The position numbers and the translations under genes were made by a program. A model generated the notes under the pieces. That model was not told the origin of the DNA. It was given only the letters and a program-made list of their open reading frames with translations, and ran no database searches. Of a stretch of DNA of 64,000 nucleotides, positions 19,418-29,376 are shown in pieces (position 1 is the stretch's first letter; every line of letters starts with the position of its first letter). Source of the DNA: Candidatus Yanofskybacteria bacterium (GTDB lineage: Bacteria; Patescibacteriota; Minisyncoccia; 2-02-FULL-40-12; IGHO2-12-FULL-4); assembly GCA_016185525.1 (NCBI GenBank), contig JACPNK010000002.1, positions 75,616 through 139,615 of the forward strand. The letters run 5' to 3'.

Positions 19418-20281
19418 ATGGGTGTATTTTTAGCGCTGCTGACATTGGTTTTTTGGGGTTTCGGTGACTTTTTAATTCAAAAAAGCGCCCGCAGATTCGG
19501 CGACAGCATCGCCCTTTTTTATATTACATTTGCCGGCATGGTCGGTTTCTTTCCCTGGGCAATCAAAGATTTAAAGTTGATAATAGCTTCTCCTCTTAAT
19601 TTGTTCCTTTTGCTGGCCGCCGGCGTGGTTATATTCTTTGCGGCAATGTTTGATTTTGAGGGTTTGCGCAAAGGCAAAATGTCCGTCATAGAGCCGGTGC
19701 TGGCTCTGGAGGTAATTGTTACGACTGTTTTGGCAAGTTTAGTTTTGAAAGAGTTTCTTACTGCTTGGCAAATACTCTGGTTAGCTCTAGGAATTTTGGG
19801 GATACTTTTGGTTTCGTTAAAGTCTCTAGCTCATCTTAAAAAAATTAATCTGGAAAAGGGCGTCATCTATGCTCTCTTTGGCGCCCTTGCCATGGGTTTT
19901 TCCAACTTTCTTTTTGGCTGGGGTTCAAGGCAGATCAATCCGATCGTGGTCAACTGGTTTACCGACGCTTTTGTTGTTTTGGTTTTGGCCGTACACTTAA
20001 CCCGCACAGAGCGCTGGAAAGAAGTCTGGCAAGACTGGCGCAAATCCAAGAAACTTATTTTAGGCGTCAGTATTTTAGACAATATGGCTTGGCTTACTTT
20101 TTCATACAGTATGCTTCTGATTCCGATTGCCATCGCTACCGGGATTAGTGAGAGCTACATTGCTTTGGCGGCAGCTCTGGGCTTGATTTTCAACAAGGAG
20201 AAGTTAAAAAAGCACCAGTGGTGGGGTTTGGTTCTGGCGATTGTCTCGGTTGTCCTAATTGCTTTCACAGTTTCAAGCTGA
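19418..20281 (+). CDS. EamA/DMT family transporter
   Basis: Ten TM segments in two repeats; WGFGDF, LKEFL, KEKL. Confidence 0.88.
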   Translation: MGVFLALLTLVFWGFGDFLIQKSARRFGDSIALFYITFAGMVGFFPWAIKDLKLIIASPLNLFLLLAAGVVIFFAAMFDFEGLRKGKMSVIEPVLALEVIVTTVLASLVLKEFLTAWQILWLALGILGILLVSLKSLAHLKKINLEKGVIYALFGALAMGFSNFLFGWGSRQINPIVVNWFTDAFVVLVLAVHLTRTERWKEVWQDWRKSKKLILGVSILDNMAWLTFSYSMLLIPIAIATGISESYIALAAALGLIFNKEKLKKHQWWGLVLAIVSVVLIAFTVSS

Positions 20282-20318
20282 TTAAATTGCACAAAGTCAG
20301 AAGCGTACTATAATCTTG

Positions 20319-20537
20319 AAAAACTTATTACTTAATGTTTTTGAAGGCTCTGCAGGCTGTGGATTGCTCGCGAGCCGCTTTTTCAGCCCATTCAGCAGAA
20401 TAAGATGAAAAAGCGGCGAGCTGGACGGAAAGAGTATAATACTTCTGTACTCTTTCCGAATCCACAGACTGCAAAGAGCGAGCTTTCTCGCAGGAAGAAA
20501 GCGAGCGTCCGGAAAAAGCAGTAAGTAATAAGTTTTT
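20319..20537 (+). other. 219-nt multibranch structured element with 16-bp terminal inverted repeats (candidate ncRNA or MITE)
   Basis: AAAAACTTATTACTTA (20319-20334) / TAAGTAATAAGTTTTT (20522-20537); several internal stems; TTGCAC-16bp-TATAAT immediately upstream. Confidence 0.65.
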
Positions 20538-20570
20538 TATTTACTTTAAATTTTATGCTATAATTAGTCC

Positions 20571-21008
20571 ATGGAAACACCCACTAGTTTAGAGCAGGAG
20601 ATTGCTGACATTGAGAGACGGCTGGCTGAAAAAAAGGCCCTTCGGCAAGTTCAGGGCGAACGGCCTGTTGTCCAAGAAGAAAAAGGCATGTTACATGAAG
20701 TCGTAAGCGAGAAAGCTCAAGAGTCTGCGCCAAGCTATCAGCCTTCTGCACCTCTACCACAATCTTCGCTTCCGGCCATAGACAATGTCTTGCCTCCGCC
20801 AGTAAGCGAGCCGCCTTCGTATTTGTCAGATGAGCTCAAAACCAAAGTCCAGGATTTGGTTAATATCGCTTTTACCAAAGGTCTGACTGAAGCAGTTAAA
20901 GAAGTTTCTAAAATGAATAATCCGGCTATCTTAGACGCTTTCCACGATGTTCTAGTAGACCAGCTTTATGACGTTTTGGTTGAAAGAGGGAAATTAGAAA
21001 AAATATGA
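20571..21008 (+). CDS. Hypothetical protein of a type common in Parcubacteria
   Basis: AFTKGL..AV and ILDAFHDVL motifs; extended -10 just upstream of the ATG. Confidence 0.7.
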   Translation: METPTSLEQEIADIERRLAEKKALRQVQGERPVVQEEKGMLHEVVSEKAQESAPSYQPSAPLPQSSLPAIDNVLPPPVSEPPSYLSDELKTKVQDLVNIAFTKGLTEAVKEVSKMNNPAILDAFHDVLVDQLYDVLVERGKLEKI

Positions 21009-21027
21009 AATTTTTGAATCAAGAATT

Positions 21028-22368
21028 ATGAATTATGAATCAAGGAAAACTTTAGAAAAAGCCGAGAAAGAAGTTGGCCCGGAAACAGAACCGGAGATTG
21101 AAAAATTAGATTCCCACACTTTGGCTTTTATAAAATCAGGGCATATTGATATACCAGATATGGCTGATTTTGACCCCGCAAGGTCTTTGGCGGAAATCAA
21201 AGAATTTACCAGACATCTTTCAAAAGAAAACTCTTCTTCGGCAAGAGCCGCTTTGGTAAGAGAATTTCGGGAGAAGTTTAAAATTTTCAGAGAAAACTTA
21301 GTAAAGGCACAGTTATCAATGGAGGGTCTGTTGGTGGAAGATCCGGACGAAAGTCCTGAAAAGTTAAAGCAAGCAGTCGGAAACATTATTAAAAACTACA
21401 AAATGGGCTCTTTGGCTAAAGAATTTTACTCTGCCCTGAAAAACTTTTTGAAAGCTCGTAAAGTAATTAAAGATTTGACCTTAACGTATGCTGAAAAGTA
21501 TGGGGAAAGAAAGCAGGAAATGCTTTTTAAAAAACTTTTCGGTAAAGCGCCTCAAGGCAAAATCGAAACTTTTACCATGCCCATTAACCTGCTTTTTAGA
21601 GTGCACGATCCCGAAGATTATCTTTCGGCTATTTTGGGTCGTGATAAAAATAGATTTAGCAAAGATGCTCAAGAAACTTTAAAAACTTCAGGCGGGTTAC
21701 TGCTCAATAGGGATATGCCGATAAAAAATCTAAAAGGCAAAATTATGGTTGAAAATTCATCGGTGGAAAAAAACGAAAATTATTGGGAAACAAAGGCAAT
21801 TCATGAAGAAGAACACTCTATTCACCACTTAATTTACCCGACACGGACTATGATTAGAAAAGAGAGCGAATCAATAAGACTGCATTTGACAAAAGAAACA
21901 CAGACAATTAAATTTGAAGATTTTTTGAAATCAGTAGCCGAAACCTTTATTATTAAATGGGAAGGTGGAGCCAAAAGCGAAATTCTTGCTTACTGGAAAA
22001 CGCAGGGACATTCTTCTGAAACGATTTCTCGTATTCTTTTAGATTTGGATATGTACAACTTTTTAAAAGAAGGTGATGAGGATTCTTTCGCAAACTTAAT
22101 AGTCAATATCGTTCAAAAAACAGATACGGTGATAAAAAGTCCGGAAGGAAGAATTTTGAGTCTTGATGAGATCCGGCAGATTGCGCTTAGAGTTATAAAC
22201 GAATTTTGGGAATTGTATAAAAAAAGGGTTGCTAGAGCTTTAAATGAAGTTTATGAACTGGAACAAAAATATGGCGATAATGCTGAAGCCAAATTAAAGA
22301 TTCTTAGATTGCTAAGTCAAGAGCCTTTACATCGCTGGAACAGATTGAGCAGGCTTATGACCCAATAA
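21028..22368 (+). CDS. Hypothetical protein with HEXXH motif
   Basis: 446-aa ORF; AIHEEEHSIH and a downstream KSEILAY. Confidence 0.65.
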   Translation: MNYESRKTLEKAEKEVGPETEPEIEKLDSHTLAFIKSGHIDIPDMADFDPARSLAEIKEFTRHLSKENSSSARAALVREFREKFKIFRENLVKAQLSMEGLLVEDPDESPEKLKQAVGNIIKNYKMGSLAKEFYSALKNFLKARKVIKDLTLTYAEKYGERKQEMLFKKLFGKAPQGKIETFTMPINLLFRVHDPEDYLSAILGRDKNRFSKDAQETLKTSGGLLLNRDMPIKNLKGKIMVENSSVEKNENYWETKAIHEEEHSIHHLIYPTRTMIRKESESIRLHLTKETQTIKFEDFLKSVAETFIIKWEGGAKSEILAYWKTQGHSSETISRILLDLDMYNFLKEGDEDSFANLIVNIVQKTDTVIKSPEGRILSLDEIRQIALRVINEFWELYKKRVARALNEVYELEQKYGDNAEAKLKILRLLSQEPLHRWNRLSRLMTQ

Positions 22369-22415
22369 ATTAAAGTCAACATCGGACGTTGACAGAATTT
22401 CTTTAACTTATTTTT

Positions 22416-24869
22416 ATGGTTTTTCTAATTTCCTCATTCATCGCTTTGGGCATAATCTTTATTGCCGGTCTTGTTGTCTTGGGCAGTTTTAAGACAAAAG
22501 GCAGGATGCAGAGGGCTTTGAATATGAGCCTCTTTTTGGTCAGAGTTCCCAGAGAAGTAAGTCCGCCAGCCGGCGGAGGCGGACAAAGGCCGGAGAAAGA
22601 ACTTATTTCAATTGCCGAACAAATGCTCTCCGGTTTTTCTAACATGCATTCCAAGGGTTGGAACAAGTTTTTGTACGGCGAACCTTATGTTTCTTTGGAG
22701 CTTGCCGTTCACCATGTTGGGGAGGAAACACATTTTTACATTGCCGTCCCAAAAAAGAACGAAGACACGATTGAAAAGCAAATTTACAGCTTTTATCCCA
22801 CAGCAGAAGTTACCAAAACAAACGACTACAATATTTTTAATCCGCAAGGCGCCAATGCCGGCACTTACCTTACCTACACCCAAAATGAAGTTCTTCCGGT
22901 GAAAACTTACCAGAAACTTGAAAGCGACCCGATTGGCGCAATTCTGACTTCAATGTCAAAGCTTGAAGCCGAAGGCGAGGGGGCTGCTTTACAAATTCTG
23001 GTCAGGCCGACCCATTCTTCAAACCTTAAATCACTGGGGGTAAAAATCGCGCGCGGTATGCAATCAGGGCAGACTTTTAAAGAGTCTTTGAACAAAACGC
23101 AAGAGTCTCAAGGACTAAGCAATTTGATAAAAACATTCGGCCCTTCTAAAAAAGAAGAACCGAAGCCGCAAGAACCGGAAAAGCCAAAAGTGGTAACTCC
23201 TGCAGACGAAGAAGTTATTAAATCTATCACAGCTAAATCAAGCAAGCAGAATTTTGACGTCAATATCCGCCTGGTAACCTCTGCTGTATCACAGGCAAGG
23301 GCGGAACAGATCCTACAGGAATTCCAAGGTTCTCTTGCGCAGTTTTCTGCTCCCGACCTCAATGCTCTCAAAGCGGTAAAACTCTCCGGCGGATCTTTGC
23401 AAAAGCTTTTGTATAATTTTTCTTTCCGGCTTTTTGACGATAAGCAGAAAATGGTTATGTCAACGGAAGAAATTATCAGTTTATACCATTTTCCGATTCA
23501 CAGCACCGCCGCGCCGAAAGTCAGATTTCTTAAATCAAAACTGGCGGAACCGCCGACTAATTTGCCCCAGCAGGGGATAGTAGTCGGCAAAAGTTCTTAC
23601 CGCGGGCAGGAGGTTTTGGTGCGAATGAGTGACGAAGACCGCCGCCGGCATATGTATGTCATCGGACAGACTGGCACCGGTAAGACGACTATTATGAAAG
23701 CTATGGTCAGACAGGATATTGAAAACGGCAAAGGCGTCTGTGTGATTGACCCCCACGGTGATTTTGCTGAATTTGCCCTTTCGGTTGTGCCTAAAGAACG
23801 GGCGGAAGATGTGATTTACTTTGACCCGGCCGATTTGGAGAGGCCTTTGGGTTTGAACATGCTGGAAATTGACCCGAGCCATCCGGAACAAAAAACTATG
23901 GTCATTGACGAACTTTTTGGTATTTTTGACAAACTTTATGACCTGAAAACTACCGGTGGACCGATGTTTGAAAAATACTTTAAAAATTCAGCTCTTTTGC
24001 TTTTGGACGACTATGCCAATCAAATTCCGGTGCTGGCGGACATTTCCAGAGTTTTGGTTGACGACGAATTCAGAACAGGCAAGCTTAGCCGTGAAACCAA
24101 TCCTTTAGTCAAAGAATTCTGGGAAAAGGAAGCCGAAAAAGCGGCGGGCGAATCTTCGCTTGCCAATATGGCGCCTTACATTTCTTCCAAGATTACGTCT
24201 TTTATCTTTAATGAATTTTTGCGGCCGATTATCAATCAGCCAAAAAGCTCTTTTAACTTCAGGGAAGCGATGGACAAGAAAAAAATCTTGGTCATCAATT
24301 TGTCTAAAGGGCGAATTGGTGAAATTAACGCCAGTCTTTTGGGTTTGATTATTGTCGGCAAGCTTTTGATGGCCGCTTTGTCTCGGGTTGATATGGACGA
24401 AAATCTGCGCAGCGACTTTTATCTCTATATGGATGAGTTTCATAATTTTACTACGCAAAGTATAGCCACTATTTTATCAGAAGCGCGCAAATACCGCCTG
24501 GATTTAATTTTAGCCCACCAATTTATTAAACAGCTTAAAGAGGAGATCCGAGACGCAGTGTTCGGCAACGTCGGCTCAATGGCGGTTTTTCGCATCAGCC
24601 CGGATGACGCAGAATTTATGAAAAATAAATTTGAGCCGGTGTTTTCGCCTCAAGACTTGATGAACATAGACAACCTGCACGCTTATGTTAACCTTTTGAT
24701 TAACGGTCAGACAGCCAGACCGTTTAACATCAAAATTGAAACCGAAAAAGTTTTCGGCGCGGGTTCTCCGGAGGTGGCAAAAGCAATCAAAGAAATTTCT
24801 CGCTTAAAGTACGGCCGGCCCAGAGAAGAAGTGGAGAAGGAAATCAGATCTAAATATGGCCAGAGCTAG
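22416..24869 (+). CDS. VirD4/TraG-HerA-like ATPase (CPR type)
   Basis: HMYVIGQTGTGKT, VIDPHGD, LYMDEFH, LSEARKY, AHQF, FGNVG. Confidence 0.9.
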   Translation: MVFLISSFIALGIIFIAGLVVLGSFKTKGRMQRALNMSLFLVRVPREVSPPAGGGGQRPEKELISIAEQMLSGFSNMHSKGWNKFLYGEPYVSLELAVHHVGEETHFYIAVPKKNEDTIEKQIYSFYPTAEVTKTNDYNIFNPQGANAGTYLTYTQNEVLPVKTYQKLESDPIGAILTSMSKLEAEGEGAALQILVRPTHSSNLKSLGVKIARGMQSGQTFKESLNKTQESQGLSNLIKTFGPSKKEEPKPQEPEKPKVVTPADEEVIKSITAKSSKQNFDVNIRLVTSAVSQARAEQILQEFQGSLAQFSAPDLNALKAVKLSGGSLQKLLYNFSFRLFDDKQKMVMSTEEIISLYHFPIHSTAAPKVRFLKSKLAEPPTNLPQQGIVVGKSSYRGQEVLVRMSDEDRRRHMYVIGQTGTGKTTIMKAMVRQDIENGKGVCVIDPHGDFAEFALSVVPKERAEDVIYFDPADLERPLGLNMLEIDPSHPEQKTMVIDELFGIFDKLYDLKTTGGPMFEKYFKNSALLLLDDYANQIPVLADISRVLVDDEFRTGKLSRETNPLVKEFWEKEAEKAAGESSLANMAPYISSKITSFIFNEFLRPIINQPKSSFNFREAMDKKKILVINLSKGRIGEINASLLGLIIVGKLLMAALSRVDMDENLRSDFYLYMDEFHNFTTQSIATILSEARKYRLDLILAHQFIKQLKEEIRDAVFGNVGSMAVFRISPDDAEFMKNKFEPVFSPQDLMNIDNLHAYVNLLINGQTARPFNIKIETEKVFGAGSPEVAKAIKEISRLKYGRPREEVEKEIRSKYGQS

Positions 24870-24881
24870 ATAATTTAAAAA

Positions 24882-25514
24882 ATGAAATTTTCTAAAAAAG
24901 ATTTAGTTTACGCGGTTATCACCGGTTTAATGACCGGTCTGGTTGTCTGGCGGCTTTTGAAGTTTTGGAACATTGCCAGAATAGCCAACTTTGAAAGTCC
25001 TTCATATTTTTGGCTGGTCTTTTTTGTCCCCATTCTCTGGATCGCCGGCGTTTGGCTTGGCTATTTTTTAGGCCGATGGTTTGCTTTTTTCAACCAATTC
25101 GGAAAATATGTAGCCATCGGTTTCACCAACGCCGCCATTGATTTCGGGGTTTTTAATCTTTTGATCGCGCTTACCGGCAAAGCTCTTGGCTTGGCATTTC
25201 CGGTTTTCAAGGGCATATCTTTTTTGGTGGCCGTAACCAACAGCTTTTTTTGGAATAAATACTGGGCTTTTGAAGCCGGAGAAAGCCATGGCGGCAAGTC
25301 GGAGGCGGTTAAGTTTTTTGCCGTCAATCTTGTCACAATAGCAATAAATGTAGGTATCGCTTCTTTTGTTGCCAACGGTGTTGACCCTTTCTTCAATCTT
25401 TCCGATAAAGCATGGGCTAATGTGGCCGCTGTATTTGGAGCCGCTGTTGCTTTAATGTTCAGCTTTATCGGTTTCCGGCTTATTGTTTTTAAAAAAAATG
25501 GTTCTCTATCGTAA
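24882..25514 (+). CDS. GtrA family membrane protein
   Basis: QFGKYVAIG, IDFGVFN, NSFFWNKYWAF. Confidence 0.85.
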   Translation: MKFSKKDLVYAVITGLMTGLVVWRLLKFWNIARIANFESPSYFWLVFFVPILWIAGVWLGYFLGRWFAFFNQFGKYVAIGFTNAAIDFGVFNLLIALTGKALGLAFPVFKGISFLVAVTNSFFWNKYWAFEAGESHGGKSEAVKFFAVNLVTIAINVGIASFVANGVDPFFNLSDKAWANVAAVFGAAVALMFSFIGFRLIVFKKNGSLS

Positions 25515-26592
25515 ATATCGTCCCAAAAACTTTTCTCAAGTTGTCGGGCAGGAGCATGTAACTCAAACTCTTCAAGGCGCTCTTAAGACCGGTTCTGTGG
25601 CCCACGCTTACTTATTTACCGGTCCCAGAGGAACCGGTAAAACTACTATCGCCCGACTTTTGGCGAAAGCAGTTAATTGCGACCGAGCGGAGAGCGAGGG
25701 AGTACTGAGGCCAGAAGGCCGAATGTATGATGCCTGCGGTGTCTGCAGTTTTTGCAAAGAAGTTGAAGAAGGTAAGGCTTTTGATTTAGTTGAAATAGAT
25801 GCCGCTTCCAACAGGGGGATTGAAGAAATCAGAGCTTTGCGCGAAGGAGCCAGATTTGCTTCGGCCAGAGGCAAACACAAAATCTATATCATAGACGAAT
25901 GCCATCAACTAACTAAAGAAGCCTCAAACGCTTTGCTCAAAACTCTTGAAGAGCCGCCGGTCAAAACCATATTCATCTTAGCCACAACTGAAGCTTCCAA
26001 AGTCCTGCCGACCATCGCTTCCAGAACCCAAAGATTTGATTTTAAGAAACTTAACTCCGAACAAATTGTCGCGAAACTCCAGAACATCAGCTTTACGGAA
26101 AAAATAGATATAGATAAAAATATCTTGCTTCTCATTGCCGAACAATCCGAAGGCTCTTTGCGCGACGCTGAAAGCAGTCTTTCAAAACTAGTTGCTTTCA
26201 GAGGCAACAAAATTGACGAGGAAGCGGTTAAAGAAATTCTCGGTTTTATACCCGAAAATATATTTTTTGATTTTTTTCAGATGGTTAAAGACAAAAAAAA
26301 GTCAGAGGCCGTTTCTTTGATTAACAACTTGTACGAGTCAGGTTTGGATTTAGATAATTTTGTCAAAGGTTTGCTTGGTTATATCAGAAAAATTTTAATT
26401 GCCCGCGCCTCCGGTTCTAATTTAAACAGGGCAAATCCAAACGAAAGAATACAGGCTTTAGCTGCCAGTTTTGATAGCAAGTATATTTTCCGTCTTTTTG
26501 GGTCTTTTATGCGTGCCCAGCAGGAAATGAAAATTTCTCCCATTCCGCAATTACCTCTAGAGATAGCGGTAGTGGAGTTAACCGAAGATTAG
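25498..26592 (+). CDS. dnaX: DNA polymerase III subunit gamma/tau (short form)
   Basis: LYRKYRP, GPRGTGKT, EIDAAS, IIDECH, LLKTLEEPP. Start at ATG 25498. Confidence 0.96.
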   Translation: MVLYRKYRPKNFSQVVGQEHVTQTLQGALKTGSVAHAYLFTGPRGTGKTTIARLLAKAVNCDRAESEGVLRPEGRMYDACGVCSFCKEVEEGKAFDLVEIDAASNRGIEEIRALREGARFASARGKHKIYIIDECHQLTKEASNALLKTLEEPPVKTIFILATTEASKVLPTIASRTQRFDFKKLNSEQIVAKLQNISFTEKIDIDKNILLLIAEQSEGSLRDAESSLSKLVAFRGNKIDEEAVKEILGFIPENIFFDFFQMVKDKKKSEAVSLINNLYESGLDLDNFVKGLLGYIRKILIARASGSNLNRANPNERIQALAASFDSKYIFRLFGSFMRAQQEMKISPIPQLPLEIAVVELTED

Positions 26593-26593
26593 T

Positions 26594-27754
26594 ATGTCTA
26601 ACATAATTCTTCTTGGCCTAACTTCTCTTTTTGCCGATTTTTCTTCGGAAATTATTATTCCTTTACTGCCGCTGTTTATAAATTCTCTGGGCGGCGCCGG
26701 TTTGGCGATAGGTTTGATTTCCGGAGTCGGCGATGCCGTAGCCGCAATTTTAAAAGTAACTTCCGGACGCTGGGCGGACAAAACTAAAACTTACAAAAAA
26801 TTTGTCATTTGGGGCTATGGTTTTTCTTCTTTAGCCAAATTTGTTTTTCCTCTGGCGGCGAGCTGGCAGCACGTTTTAGGAGCGAGAGCCGTGGAAAGAA
26901 TCGGTAAAGGCTTCCGCGACGCTCCAAGAGACGCCATTGTTTCCGAATCCTTGCCTCAAGAGAAAAGAGGCAGCGGTTTCGGTCTTCAGCGGGCGATGGA
27001 CAGTTTGGGAGCCATTCTCGGTTCTTTGACCGTTTTGTTTTTGGTTTGGAAATTTGACTTGAGTTTTAAACTGATTTTTCTTCTGGCGGCTTTTATCGGC
27101 TTGCTGTCGGTGGTTCCCGTCTTTTTCGTGAAAGAACCGAAAACTTTAAAAAGCCGCCAGCTTAAAAACCACCATAGTTTTTTTAAAATCAAACTCCCCA
27201 AAACTCTCAAGAGGTTTGTGATTATTTCAACTATTTTTTCTCTGGGAAATTTCAGTTTTATGTTCTTAATCTTGAGAACGCAGAACTTTTTGGGCAGTTC
27301 CAACTTTAAGGCCGGCTTAATCCTGACGCTCCTGCTTTATATATTTTTTAACATTTTTGATACTGTTTTTTCCCAGCCAGCGGGCAAACTGTCAGACAAA
27401 ATAGGCCGGAAAAAAGTTATTCTTGGCGCTTACATTTTTCTGTCTTTAACTTTTGCCGGTTTCCTTCTGGCAAAGTCTTTTTGGGTTTTTCTTTTTCTCT
27501 TTCCGATTTACGGCTTATTCAAAGCTTGCATAGACGCTTCTCAAAAATCTTTTGTTTCAGACCTGTCGCCAACTGAAATACGGGCAACGGCCCTAGGGCT
27601 GTTTGAGGCTTCCACTGGCTTGGCTTTAATCCCCGGAGGCATAATTGCCGGTTTGCTTTGGAACGCCAACCCGAATTTTCTTTTCGCTTACGGTTTGACA
27701 ATAAGCCTTTTGTCTTTCTTTTTACTCAAAAATATGGTAAAAATTAAGGTTTAG
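26594..27754 (+). CDS. MFS transporter
   Basis: GRWADK, ERIGKGFRDAPRDA, GKLSDKIGRK; about 12 TM. Confidence 0.9.
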   Translation: MSNIILLGLTSLFADFSSEIIIPLLPLFINSLGGAGLAIGLISGVGDAVAAILKVTSGRWADKTKTYKKFVIWGYGFSSLAKFVFPLAASWQHVLGARAVERIGKGFRDAPRDAIVSESLPQEKRGSGFGLQRAMDSLGAILGSLTVLFLVWKFDLSFKLIFLLAAFIGLLSVVPVFFVKEPKTLKSRQLKNHHSFFKIKLPKTLKRFVIISTIFSLGNFSFMFLILRTQNFLGSSNFKAGLILTLLLYIFFNIFDTVFSQPAGKLSDKIGRKKVILGAYIFLSLTFAGFLLAKSFWVFLFLFPIYGLFKACIDASQKSFVSDLSPTEIRATALGLFEASTGLALIPGGIIAGLLWNANPNFLFAYGLTISLLSFFLLKNMVKIKV

Positions 27755-27756
27755 TT

Positions 27757-27827
27757 TGCCGGGTGGTGAAGCGGTATCACGCCTGCCTTTGAAGCAGGAA
27801 TCCTAGGTCCGACCCCTAGCCCGGCAG
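27757..27827 (+). tRNA. tRNA-Gln(TTG)
   Basis: Acceptor TGCCGGG/CCCGGCA plus discriminator G; anticodon arm CCTGC-CTTTGAA-GCAGG; T arm CTAGG-TCCGACC-CCTAG; CCA not encoded. Confidence 0.9.
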
Positions 27828-27829
27828 CA

Positions 27830-28582
27830 ATGAAATTCCCAAAAGATTTTATAAATAAGATTGTCTGCGGTGATGTTTTAGATGTGATGAGGCAGATCCC
27901 GGACGGCTCTATTGATTTAGTAATTACTTCACCGCCGTATAATCTCAAGAACTCTACCGGCAATGGCATGAAAGACGGGCGCGGCGGTAAATGGGCGAAC
28001 GCCGCATTACAAAAAGGTTATTCTCATCATAACGATAATATGCCTCACGAAGAATATGTTAAGTGGCAAAAGGATTGTCTTACAGAAATGATGCGGATTA
28101 TTCCGGACCACGGCGCAATCTTTTATAACCACAAGAGACGCGTTCAGGACGGCATATTACAGGATCGCCAAGATATAGTGAGTGGTTTTCCGGTACGCCA
28201 AATTATAATTTGGAAGCGTAAGGGTGGGTTCAACTTTAATCCCGGTTATTTTCTTCCCATTCACGAAGTTATTTATCTTATCGCAAAGCCAAAGTTTCAA
28301 CTTGTCCCTAAAGCCAATGCCCATGGTGATGTCTGGGAATTTACGCAAGAAATGAAAAATAAACATCCGGCTGCTTTTCCGGTTGATTTAATTGACCGGA
28401 TTGTTTCATCTACTAATGCCCAAACTATTTTAGACCCCTTCATTGGCTCCGGTACTACGGCAATCTCCGCTATCAATTATAAAAGAAATTATATTGGGAT
28501 TGAGATTTCTCCCGAATACTGTAAAATGGCACAACAAAGGATTAAAGGCCATAAATCTCAAGACCCCTTTTTATTACAATGA
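27830..28582 (+). CDS. Site-specific DNA methyltransferase, beta class (probably N4-cytosine)
   Basis: TSPPY catalytic motif precedes HPAAFP and LDPFIGSGTT. Confidence 0.92.
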   Translation: MKFPKDFINKIVCGDVLDVMRQIPDGSIDLVITSPPYNLKNSTGNGMKDGRGGKWANAALQKGYSHHNDNMPHEEYVKWQKDCLTEMMRIIPDHGAIFYNHKRRVQDGILQDRQDIVSGFPVRQIIIWKRKGGFNFNPGYFLPIHEVIYLIAKPKFQLVPKANAHGDVWEFTQEMKNKHPAAFPVDLIDRIVSSTNAQTILDPFIGSGTTAISAINYKRNYIGIEISPEYCKMAQQRIKGHKSQDPFLLQ

Positions 28583-29376
28583 AAAAAGAACCAGTTATTT
28601 ATACAAAACCGGCGCTTATAAAAAAGCTCAAAGAAATTGCCGCTCTGGGTTGGATTAAGAATGCTCGTCATGGCAATCAGGGCGGTGTTGGAAATACTTT
28701 AGAAGATTTGCTTGGTATAGAGGAAAACAATTTACCGATTCCCAACGCGGCCGAATGGGAGCTAAAGACACAAAGATTAAATTCCGGCTCTTTGTGTACT
28801 CTTTTTCATATGGAGCCATCGCCAAGGGCTATTGGATTTGTTCCAAAAGTCCTTTTGCCTAAATATGGCTGGGCTCATCAGGAGGACGGTAAAAAATATG
28901 CTAAAGGAGAGCTAAGTTTCCGATTGACTATCCACGGTCTTTCTAGGAGCGATCGCGGATTCATGGTTAAGATAGACCGGGCGGAAAAAAGGGTATTAAT
29001 CTCCTTTAATTCTAAAAGTGTAGATGTGCGGCACAAGAAATGGCTTAAATCAGTTGAGAAGCGTATAGGGTTAGGCGAATTAAACCCGCAACCCTATTGG
29101 GGGTTTGACGATTTAGAGCATAAAGCCGGCACTAAACTACTAAATGCTTTTTATGTTCAGGCCGAAGTTAAAAAGATACGAGGCAAAGAATATTACAAAT
29201 ATAGTAAGGTTATGATGTTGCAGAAGTTTAGTTTTGAGGGATTTTTGAGGGCCATCGAGGAAGCGCGAATTCTTGTAGATTTTGATGCCCGCACCGGCCA
29301 TAATCACGGGACGAAATTTAGGGTAAGGGAAGATAGTTTGCCGATGTTATATCAGAAAATAACTACCATATTATGA
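28579..29376 (+). CDS. MvaI/BcnI family restriction endonuclease
   Basis: GGVGNTLEDLLGIEENN, WELK, HNHGTKFR; overlaps the MTase stop (ATGA). Confidence 0.88.
   Translation: MKKEPVIYTKPALIKKLKEIAALGWIKNARHGNQGGVGNTLEDLLGIEENNLPIPNAAEWELKTQRLNSGSLCTLFHMEPSPRAIGFVPKVLLPKYGWAHQEDGKKYAKGELSFRLTIHGLSRSDRGFMVKIDRAEKRVLISFNSKSVDVRHKKWLKSVEKRIGLGELNPQPYWGFDDLEHKAGTKLLNAFYVQAEVKKIRGKEYYKYSKVMMLQKFSFEGFLRAIEEARILVDFDARTGHNHGTKFRVREDSLPMLYQKITTIL

Noticed and set aside
22416-24869. Conjugative element based on the VirD4-like ATPase
   Set aside because: No relaxase, VirB or integrase genes nearby; it sits among housekeeping genes as is usual for this ATPase type in CPR.
25498-26592. Truncated or frameshifted dnaX
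   Set aside because: The clamp-loader domains are complete, the next gene starts 1 nt after the stop, and short DnaX is common in reduced genomes.
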